Shown here in pieces: positions 56,828-64,000 of a DNA stretch of 64,000 nucleotides. Made by a program: the position numbers and the translations under genes. Under the pieces are notes generated by a model. That model worked only from the letters and a program-made list of their open reading frames with translations. It was not told where the DNA came from and did no database searches. Position 1 is the stretch's first letter. The number at the start of each line of letters is the position of its first letter. The stretch comes from Candidatus Multivoradales bacterium (GTDB lineage Bacteria > Acidobacteriota > Thermoanaerobaculia > Multivoradales > JAHEKO01), in assembly GCA_965223755.1 (NCBI GenBank), contig CBDCXF010000001.1:937256-1001255 (forward strand). Reading direction: 5' to 3'.

Positions 56828-57538
56828 ATGAAGAAGTACTTCATCTTCCTCGTCCTCCTCAAGGCCAAACTTTTCGCACGCCTCTTCTACCGCTTCTCGA
56901 TGCGGCGTGTGGGGAAGGTTCCTGCGGATCCTTGGGATCACGTGCGGCTGATCGTGTTCCTCAATCACACCAGCCTTTTCGAGTGGCTTTATATCGGCAT
57001 TGTGCCGGTCAAGATGTGTTGGCAGATTGCCAAGCATGGCGTCGTGCCGGCGGCCGACAAGACTCTCAGACGACCGATCGTAGGCAAATTTTTCTCCCTT
57101 CTGGCGCAACACGTAGTCCCGATCACCCGCCGCCCCGACGAAACCTGGAAACAGGTTCTCGACCGCATCAACGACCCGGAATCGATGATGCTGATCCTGC
57201 CCGAAGGTCGCATGAAACGTGCTGACGGCCTCGACTCGCACGGGCGTCCGATGTCGGTGCGAGGAGGCGTCGCCGATGTCATCCGCGGCTTCGACAACGG
57301 CCGCATGCTGTTTGGCTACGCCGCCGGGCTGCACCACGTCCAAGTGCCTGGGCAACACTTCCCGCGCTTGTTCAAGCGCCTTGAGATGACCGTCGAAGTG
57401 GTCGATCTAGTCGACTACGAGGGGAGCATCGACGCCGACAAGGCGTCGCGGACTTTTAAAGAAGCGGTCAAGCGAGATCTCGAAGAGCGCAAAGCGAAAT
57501 GGTGCCATTCTTTTGTCAGTGACGGAGTGACACAGTGA
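56828..57538 (+). CDS. phospholipid/glycerol acyltransferase family protein (PlsC-like)
   Basis: ATG at 56828. FLNHTSLFEW (HxxxxD-like region) and ILPEGRMKR motif. N-terminal TM helix. Confidence 0.55.
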   Translation: MKKYFIFLVLLKAKLFARLFYRFSMRRVGKVPADPWDHVRLIVFLNHTSLFEWLYIGIVPVKMCWQIAKHGVVPAADKTLRRPIVGKFFSLLAQHVVPITRRPDETWKQVLDRINDPESMMLILPEGRMKRADGLDSHGRPMSVRGGVADVIRGFDNGRMLFGYAAGLHHVQVPGQHFPRLFKRLEMTVEVVDLVDYEGSIDADKASRTFKEAVKRDLEERKAKWCHSFVSDGVTQ

Positions 57539-57601
57539 TGGAGTGACGGGTCGTCACAACTGCCACTTGTCACCCATCACTTCGTCACCCGTCACTTCCC
57601 G

Positions 57602-58357
57602 TCACCTGACTGCAGAGATCTTCACCTTCGGCCGGCTCTCGCCCAAAACCCAGCTCGGCCGTGGCGCCCAGCGCTCCTCGATGCCGTGGCGCTGTTTGGC
57701 CACCGTCAGGATGTGTTCGGCCGCTTCCTCTGGGGAGTCGGTGCGAAATAGCAGGTTGGGGTCGTCTGGGCTGATCGTTCCCTGCGGCACCATACGGCGA
57801 GCGATGAAGTCGTGGAGTTCATCCCAGTAGTGCTCCCCCATCACCACAATCGGGAAATCGGCGATCTTGCCGGTCTGGATCAAAGTGGCGGTTTCGAAAA
57901 TCTCATCCAAGGTGCCGAAGCCGCCGGGCAAGACGATGAAGCCGTAGGAGTATTTGACCAGCATCACTTTGCGAACAAAGAAGTAGTTGAAGTCGACCGA
58001 GATATCCACCCAAGGATTGCCGCTCTGTTCAAACGGCAGTTCAATGTTGCATCCGACGGAGGCTCCGCCGGCCTCCTTGGCGCCGCGGTTGGCCGCCTCC
58101 ATGATGCCCGGGCCACCGCCGGTCATGGTGGTGAAGCCGCGCGCCGCGAGTTCCGTCCCCACCTGCATGGCCATTTCGTAGTGAGGGTGATCCGGTTTGG
58201 CGCGGGCCGAGCCAAAAACGGTCACACACGGACCCACAAAATGGAGCTTGCGTACGCCGCGCATGAATTCGCGAAAGATGCGGATCCCTCGCATCAGCTC
58301 AGAGCCACGTCGCTGCGGTCCCGAGAGCAGTCGTCGATCTTGCGTTCCATTCAACAT
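57602..58357 (-). CDS. LOG family protein (cytokinin riboside 5'-monophosphate phosphoribohydrolase-like, TIGR00730)
   Basis: TVFGSARAK, GGGPGIMEAANRGA and PGGFGTLDEIFE motifs. The start could instead be the internal Met at 58294. Confidence 0.85.
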   Translation of the reverse strand: MLNGTQDRRLLSGPQRRGSELMRGIRIFREFMRGVRKLHFVGPCVTVFGSARAKPDHPHYEMAMQVGTELAARGFTTMTGGGPGIMEAANRGAKEAGGASVGCNIELPFEQSGNPWVDISVDFNYFFVRKVMLVKYSYGFIVLPGGFGTLDEIFETATLIQTGKIADFPIVVMGEHYWDELHDFIARRMVPQGTISPDDPNLLFRTDSPEEAAEHILTVAKQRHGIEERWAPRPSWVLGESRPKVKISAVR

Positions 58358-58399
58358 CTGTTCTTCCTCGTGCTCTGCGCGCCTCCTCCGTCATGCACC

Positions 58400-58528
58400 G
58401 CGGGAGGGGACCAGCTTGCCCTGAGCAGCGTCGAAGGGCCCCTCTCATACATCTCACCGCTAGCCGCTAGCCACTAATCACTAGCCACTAACCACTCGAT
58501 AACAAAGCGCCCCGCCGAAGCGGGGCGC
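58400..58528. repeat. partial element A, then a CTAGCCA heptamer array, then a hairpin terminator for the TonB-dependent receptor gene
   Basis: gggaggggaccagcttgccctgagcagcgtcgaagggcc. ccgctagccgctagccactaatcactagccactaacc. Hairpin gcgccccgc-cgaa-gcggggcgc at 58507-58528. Confidence 0.7.
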
Positions 58529-58558
58529 CCATTATCTCCGCTACGGTGTAAACAGGCC

Positions 58559-61500
58559 CTAGTTCCAGCGCAAGCGGACGCCGAGTTGCGCTTGGCGTGG
58601 ATCGCCGAGTCCACTCTGCACTGTACCGTCGAAGTTGAAGATCAGATTGGTGACCTCCGGTGAGCGCGGGTTGCGCGAATTGAAAAGATTGAAGACCTCG
58701 AAGATACCCTCGATCGAAAGCCCCTCGTTGAGTTGGAACCAACGCGAGACGCGCAGATCGAAGCGCGAAATCTTGTTGTCCTTGCGCCCGAGATTGCGCT
58801 GCGTCACCGAACCATCGGGGTTGATGCGGGCTTGCGGTGTCGGAGCGTCAGCGCCGCTGGCGGTAATCGACTTGGGTTGCGGCGAACGGTACTGATAGAG
58901 AAAGCTGACGTTGACGTCCTTCGGAGCCAGCCATTGTGCCCACAGGTTGAGCCGATCGCGCTGGTCGCGGTCGGAGTAACCGTATTCCGCGTCCAGGTCG
59001 GTGATCTTGGCGTAACGAAAGGAGAACGGGTCGCGCTCGTTGTCGTCGTCCGAGCGGTCCTTGGAGTAGGTATAGAAACCCTCGATTTGGAAACGCTCTC
59101 CTTGATGGTTGGCGCCCACCGTGATGCCGTTGTATTCGCTCCTGGCGCTCGATTCGACCACCGTCAACGTGTTGATGCCGTTGGCGCCACCCGGGGGCAG
59201 GCCACTGCCCCACGGCGACCCCAGGAGGGGGTCGTTGCGGTTGGTGAAGCGGGTTAGGTTGTCACCGTCGGCGTAGTTGTATTTCGCCAGCACGGTGGTG
59301 TTGGGAGCCACCTGACGCTCGTAAGCGAGCGCGAAGGTCGTCGTCTCCGGCAACTCGAAGTCCTTGTCGAAAACAAATACATCGGGAAAGAAAGGATCGC
59401 CGACCGTCAACGGATCTATGATCTCGCCATACGCCGGAACCGGGCCCAAGAACGGCGCCGCGCCGCTGCTGCGGAACAGCGTCTGGCCGATGCTGCCGTT
59501 GGTGCTGCGTGAGGACGCCAGGGCCAGTCCCGGAATGCGCGCGGTGTAGACCCCGGCGCTCGCCCGTACCACCTGGCTGCCGTCACCCTTGGGGTCCCAG
59601 GCGATCGAGATCCGCGGTTGGAAGTTGTCCATGTCGTCGGGGATCGTCCCGTCCGAGGGGAACTCCTGCGGCCCAGCGGCGGTGGTCACCGTCTGACCGA
59701 TGAACGGGGCAAAGAACACCTGCTCCGGCGGCGTCAGCACGTCGGGCATGATCATGCCTTCCCAGCGCAGGCCCCACTCGACGGTCAGGTCTCCTCGCGG
59801 TTGCCAGGTGTCTTGAATGAACAGGGCCGGCTCTTTCTGGGGAATGCTCTGGGTCCCGGCCTCTTCCACCGTGCGCCCGCCGACACCGACTTGCTGCAGG
59901 TAGAGCAACACCGGTCCGACCGGATCGGTGCCGGGCGGGCAGACTCCAGTCTGCGAAGTGCTGCCGTCGGAACACTCGACGTAGTCAGGATTGTCGATGT
60001 AGTTGAGGAATCCCTCGGTCGAACCGAAGATGACCCGGCCGTTGGCAAAACCGATAAAAGTCTGCACCGAATCGGTGTGGTTGTATTCGGCTCCAAACTT
60101 CCAGGTGTGGTCGCCCCGCAGCAGCGTCAAGTTCTCATTGAGCTGCAAGCGGGTGTCGTAGTACTCCACGGGAATGAAGAACGGCATGCCGAAGCGGTAG
60201 CCGTTGACGAAGTCAAAGGCGGTGTCCGGCAACGGACGGTTGGTGGCCGGGTTGATCGGTCCGTTGTAGGGACGCGGCCGCTCCTCACGCGCCCACTGGA
60301 ATCGAAATTCGTTGAGCTTCGAGGACGACAGCGTCGAGATCAACGAGCCGTTGAGAGCGCGCGACTCGTCCGCTTCGATTGCGTTGGCCGATCGCCCCCA
60401 AGAGTCGACATCGAAGGTGCCATTGACTTGCTCGGAATCGGTGAAGTTGAGCTTGGCGGTAAATAGCTGTGAAGGATTGATGCGCCAGTCGATCTTGCCC
60501 AAGGCCACCACGGCGTCATCGGTGCGCGTGATCGGACCGTTCTCGCCCGGCGAGCCAAAGCGGGCCAAAGCGTCGACGACCCGCTGCTCGATGCGAGAGG
60601 GATCGTTTTGTTTGGTCTGTTCGGCCCCCTGGGTATCAACGGCGAGGAAGTAAAACACTTCGTTCTCGCGGATCGGACCACCCAAAGTGAATCCAACTTG
60701 GAGCCGGTCGGAGTCGAATTCGGGCTCCTTGCTGCCGTCGGCGCGTTCGGCCTGCGTCGACATACTGTCGTTGAAGAACGACAGGTTGGCGGTTCCCTGG
60801 GTGTTGTTAGTTCCGGACTTGGTGATGACGTTGACGAATCCGCCGGACGAACGTCCGAACTCCGCCGTAGCACCATCGGCCACGACGACAAACTCCTGGA
60901 TGGCGTCCATGTTGAAGGTGAAGGCCGGGCGTTGACCGCCCCGCTGCTCGCCGAAGAAGGGGTTGTTGAAATCGGCCCCGTCGACCGAGACGTTGTTCTG
61001 AATTCCCTTCTGGCCGTTGATGGTCAGTTCTTCACCGTCCGGCCCCTGCACGATCGAGACGCCGGGAGTCAGGCGCGTGTAGTTGAGGAAATCGCGCCCG
61101 AGATTGGGCAGCCCCTCCAGCTCTTCCTGCCCGAACAAGACGCGGTTTTGGCCGCGGCTGGTTTCGAGTAGCGGGGCCTCCGTGGTGACGACGATCTCCT
61201 CCGAGACGCCCGGCGTCAGGCTCATACTGAGCGACACCGTGGCACCGACCGTCACCTGGATGCCCTCCTGGGCGGCGCCGGTATAGCCGTCGAGGCTGGC
61301 CTCGACGCGGTAGGGGCCAAGCGGCAAGAGCGGGGCGCGGAAGCGCCCATCCGATCCGGTCACGCGGCTCACCTGATAATTGGTTTCGACCTGGGTCAAC
61401 GCGACGGTAGCGCCGGGTAAAGCGGCGCCGTCATTGTCGGTAACGGTTCCCTCGATCACACCAGTCGTCGCTTGCGATTGCGCGACAAGCCCGTTCGCGC

Positions 61501-61561
61501 ACAACAGCGCAACGAGCGTAAACAACACTTTGCCCTTAGCCCTTGCTAAACCGGCCTTCAT
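58559..61561 (-). CDS. TonB-dependent receptor with N-terminal carboxypeptidase-regulatory-like domain
   Basis: ATG at 61561 with an AAGGGGG RBS. Signal peptide MKAGLARAKGKVLFTLVALLCANGLVAQS. CarbopepD_reg (GVIEGTVTDNDGAALPGATV). Plug and beta-barrel homology. Confidence 0.8.
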   Translation of the reverse strand: MKAGLARAKGKVLFTLVALLCANGLVAQSQATTGVIEGTVTDNDGAALPGATVALTQVETNYQVSRVTGSDGRFRAPLLPLGPYRVEASLDGYTGAAQEGIQVTVGATVSLSMSLTPGVSEEIVVTTEAPLLETSRGQNRVLFGQEELEGLPNLGRDFLNYTRLTPGVSIVQGPDGEELTINGQKGIQNNVSVDGADFNNPFFGEQRGGQRPAFTFNMDAIQEFVVVADGATAEFGRSSGGFVNVITKSGTNNTQGTANLSFFNDSMSTQAERADGSKEPEFDSDRLQVGFTLGGPIRENEVFYFLAVDTQGAEQTKQNDPSRIEQRVVDALARFGSPGENGPITRTDDAVVALGKIDWRINPSQLFTAKLNFTDSEQVNGTFDVDSWGRSANAIEADESRALNGSLISTLSSSKLNEFRFQWAREERPRPYNGPINPATNRPLPDTAFDFVNGYRFGMPFFIPVEYYDTRLQLNENLTLLRGDHTWKFGAEYNHTDSVQTFIGFANGRVIFGSTEGFLNYIDNPDYVECSDGSTSQTGVCPPGTDPVGPVLLYLQQVGVGGRTVEEAGTQSIPQKEPALFIQDTWQPRGDLTVEWGLRWEGMIMPDVLTPPEQVFFAPFIGQTVTTAAGPQEFPSDGTIPDDMDNFQPRISIAWDPKGDGSQVVRASAGVYTARIPGLALASSRSTNGSIGQTLFRSSGAAPFLGPVPAYGEIIDPLTVGDPFFPDVFVFDKDFELPETTTFALAYERQVAPNTTVLAKYNYADGDNLTRFTNRNDPLLGSPWGSGLPPGGANGINTLTVVESSARSEYNGITVGANHQGERFQIEGFYTYSKDRSDDDNERDPFSFRYAKITDLDAEYGYSDRDQRDRLNLWAQWLAPKDVNVSFLYQYRSPQPKSITASGADAPTPQARINPDGSVTQRNLGRKDNKISRFDLRVSRWFQLNEGLSIEGIFEVFNLFNSRNPRSPEVTNLIFNFDGTVQSGLGDPRQAQLGVRLRWN

Positions 61562-61763
61562 TGAAAACCCCCTTCTGAGTCGTGGGTTGGTGTTAACACG
61601 CAGCTTCGCAGCAAGAAAGTGAACCTGCGCCGACTGAACATTGCGTTCCATTGCTGCAGCGATCTTAAACTATTCTTGTTACAGCTCAACCCAGTCCGCG
61701 CCCAGGTCTTTCCTTCCAAAAGAAGACGGGGCTTTGCTTCCAAAAGAGGAAAGGCGACGCCGA

Positions 61764-64000
61764 CTACCAGGCAACCGGAATCCGGCTCGTGCCTTCGTCT
61801 TGGATGGCTAGTTTGAGATGAGCTCTTTGCCTGCCAAACAAATACAAATCTCTCAGCACCTCGACATCCCGCTTGCAGTACTCGATCACCTTGTCGATCT
61901 TCCCTTCCGCTACCCATCTGAGGCTGGTGAGGCCGTCGGCCGACTTGCCCTCCCCCAGGGTCGCTTGTGCCAAAGCGTTCATCGACACGCGCAGGCCGGA
62001 GGAACGATAGACCTCCTGGTAGAGGTCAAGAGTCGGCCATTGGGCGACGTAGTCGACCCCGGTGTAGCCAGAGAGCACCGGGTAGTCGAAGCGTTCGATG
62101 TTGTAGCCAACCACGAGGTCGGCTGCGGCCAACTGGTCGATGAGATCCTGAACCCGATCCTCAAGAAAAACGCGGAACTCACCACTTTGCAGGTGCAAAC
62201 TCACGCCCACGGCGACCCGCATGCGGTGGGTGTTGTGCCAACCGCCGACGTCGGCCGCCGATAGTTGGGTTTCGAGGTCAAAGAGAACCGCGTTCTGTGG
62301 ATTCTCCGGGCGGGGCGGGCGGGGCCGTTTTTGAGAGTAGGACCGTTGCCCGTTCGGTTGCTCTTCCGTCCCCTCGCTGTCGAGGCCCGACAGCCAGCCA
62401 CCTGTCCCCCGCCGTTCCTGTGGCTCGGGACCGTCGAACTCGTACTTGCCGCTGGCGCGAGCGTCCTCCGGTGGAGGTGGCGGCGTCCAACCTGGCTCTT
62501 CCCACTCCGGCCGCACTTCGACCAGATCTTCCATTCCCTCAGGTGACTCGGTCCCAAGTCGTTCGGCCAAGAGCAACTCCAAGAACGCCCGCGCCCCCGC
62601 TTTGTCGAGCGGGCGGTTGCCATTGCCACACTTGGGGCTGTGCACGCAGGAGGGGCAGCCGTCCTCGCAATCGCACCGTTCGAGATGTTCACCCACCCGG
62701 TGCAGGAGGTCACGTAGCGAGCCGAAGGTCGTCGCCGTGATCCCGGCGCCGCCGGCGTGTCCGTCGTAAACGAACACCGCTCCAGTGCGCACCTGCGGGT
62801 GCAGCGGAATCGAGATACCGCCCAGGTCCGAGCGATCGCAGACGCCGAAAAGCGGCAGCAAGCCGATCGCCGCGTGTTCGGCGGCGTGCAGAGAACCCAT
62901 GAAGTGAAATCCCTCGCCCACCAAGCGGGCTTGGACCTCAAGCGGCGCCGCCCACCACAGGCCCTCGGTCTCGCCGACCATCGGCGGCAGATCCAGCTCG
63001 TGCCGATCCAGAACTTCGCGGCTAGAGATCTTGCGCCGCTCGAAACCCACCACGCGCTCCGTCACCCGCAGGCGCCCCCGCCAGGCTTCCAACCCGCCGT
63101 CAACCGTATGCCCTTGGACCTCCAGAATGTCGGTGCGCTTGTCGGTGAGCGGCTGGGTGAAGTAGTTGACCGAAACCCGCTCGCACAGCACCTTGCGGGC
63201 GTCGAAATCAAGTTGCTTGACCTGATACTGGCGCCCACCGTGCAGGTAGATGGCGCCCGGATGCCCTTCGCGCAACAACCGAATGCCGTCAAGAGTACCG
63301 ATGGTCTGCTTGCGCTCGCGATCGAGAACTAAAAAGGTATCGCCGCCGCCCCGCAGATGGACGCGGTTGTGCGGCCTGCCCTCGGTGGCTCTGAGATTGC
63401 CGCCGTCGTCGCCGCGCAAGCGGCCATCTTGCAAAGCCGCGTCAACGACCGCGCGGTGGCGTTCGAGATGATCGCCGTCGCGACTGGCTGTGAGCGGCTC
63501 TTCACTGGCTGCGCAGCACAGGTGGGCTTCGACGACGAGCCGATTCTCGGGGTCGACGATCAACGGTTCGAACTCGCGCGAGGTGAGTTCGTCGGGGTGG
63601 TCGACCAGGTAGCGGTCGAGCGCATCCGGGAGAGGCACCAATGCGGTGAGCGAATCCCGCCCCTGGCGGCCGACCCGGCCCGAACGCTGCCAGGTCGCCA
63701 TGACGCTGCCTGGGAATCCGACCAAGACGCAGGCATCGAGACCGCCGACATCGATGCCCATCTCCAGCGCCGAGGTCGACACCACCCCGTCGATCTTTCC
63801 CTCGAAGAGGTCGGCCTCGATCTGGCGGCGCTCGGCGGCCAAGAAGCCCGAACGGTAGTTGGCGATGCGCGGCGCCAGATCCGGCCTCTGCCTCGTCAAC
63901 CAGGTGTAGATCAGTTCGGTGACCCGCCGCGCCTTGGTGAAGACAATGGTCTTCAAACCCCGATCGAGGAGAAAGGTAGTGAGGTCGACCGCAGCCGTGT
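61764..64000 (-). CDS. MrfA-like DEAD/DEAH helicase fused to a C-terminal MrfB-like DEDDh 3'-5' exonuclease, with DUF1998 Zn-ribbon. The N-terminus lies beyond the window.
   Basis: Helicase C-terminal motifs (TIVFTKARR, QRSGRVGRQG). DUF1998 Cys cluster CDCEDGCPSCVHSPKCGNGN. A Pro-rich linker. Exonuclease motifs VLFDLETQ, YNIERFDYPVL and H-x4-D near the C-terminus. The frame is open through 64000. Confidence 0.7.
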   Translation of the reverse strand, partial: TAAVDLTTFLLDRGLKTIVFTKARRVTELIYTWLTRQRPDLAPRIANYRSGFLAAERRQIEADLFEGKIDGVVSTSALEMGIDVGGLDACVLVGFPGSVMATWQRSGRVGRQGRDSLTALVPLPDALDRYLVDHPDELTSREFEPLIVDPENRLVVEAHLCCAASEEPLTASRDGDHLERHRAVVDAALQDGRLRGDDGGNLRATEGRPHNRVHLRGGGDTFLVLDRERKQTIGTLDGIRLLREGHPGAIYLHGGRQYQVKQLDFDARKVLCERVSVNYFTQPLTDKRTDILEVQGHTVDGGLEAWRGRLRVTERVVGFERRKISSREVLDRHELDLPPMVGETEGLWWAAPLEVQARLVGEGFHFMGSLHAAEHAAIGLLPLFGVCDRSDLGGISIPLHPQVRTGAVFVYDGHAGGAGITATTFGSLRDLLHRVGEHLERCDCEDGCPSCVHSPKCGNGNRPLDKAGARAFLELLLAERLGTESPEGMEDLVEVRPEWEEPGWTPPPPPEDARASGKYEFDGPEPQERRGTGGWLSGLDSEGTEEQPNGQRSYSQKRPRPPRPENPQNAVLFDLETQLSAADVGGWHNTHRMRVAVGVSLHLQSGEFRVFLEDRVQDLIDQLAAADLVVGYNIERFDYPVLSGYTGVDYVAQWPTLDLYQEVYRSSGLRVSMNALAQATLGEGKSADGLTSLRWVAEGKIDKVIEYCKRDVEVLRDLYLFGRQRAHLKLAIQDEGTSRIPVAW

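Noticed and set aside
1-64000. tRNA, rRNA and tmRNA genes
   Set aside because: No T-loop (GTTCGAATCC-like) or acceptor-stem patterns were found in intergenic regions on either strand.

Overview
This is a high-GC (about 63-65%) chromosomal segment from a Gram-negative bacterium. Outer-membrane proteins are present: a TonB-dependent receptor, a BON/OmpA protein and MltA. Most of the window holds ordinary housekeeping and transport genes. These include AlkA, an M19 dipeptidase, RecJ, EF-P, amidohydrolases, an NSS transporter with a small subunit, a secreted M16 peptidase pair, a GltS-like flavoprotein, TerC, an Elp3-like radical-SAM/GNAT enzyme, PhzF, YceI, HU, an SSS transporter, YhhN, FabI and LOG. 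It also holds a fused MrfA-like helicase/exonuclease that runs off the 3' edge of the window. The standout locus is 21.9-41.0 kb. Two tandem, same-strand giant genes encode Ca-binding surface proteins of about 3,655 aa and 2,556 aa. They share a 6.4-kb 3' cassette that is more than 99% identical. The cassette encodes about 2,111 aa and ends in a gingipain-like C25 cysteine-peptidase domain at the extreme C-terminus. Each gene carries a completely different N-terminal head. One head has two proprotein-convertase P-domains, a discoidin domain and DUF11 repeats. The other has a VWA domain. Two further signals are notable. A DUF3179 gene carries an in-frame TGA at a conserved Cys position, followed by a SECIS-like hairpin with a GGUCU loop, making it a candidate selenoprotein. 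The intergenic DNA is unusually dense in heptanucleotide tandem arrays with a CAGTG/CACTG core and in palindromic MITE-like elements with GTAGGGGAG and GTCATCCC inverted repeats. No tRNA, rRNA or CRISPR loci were seen.
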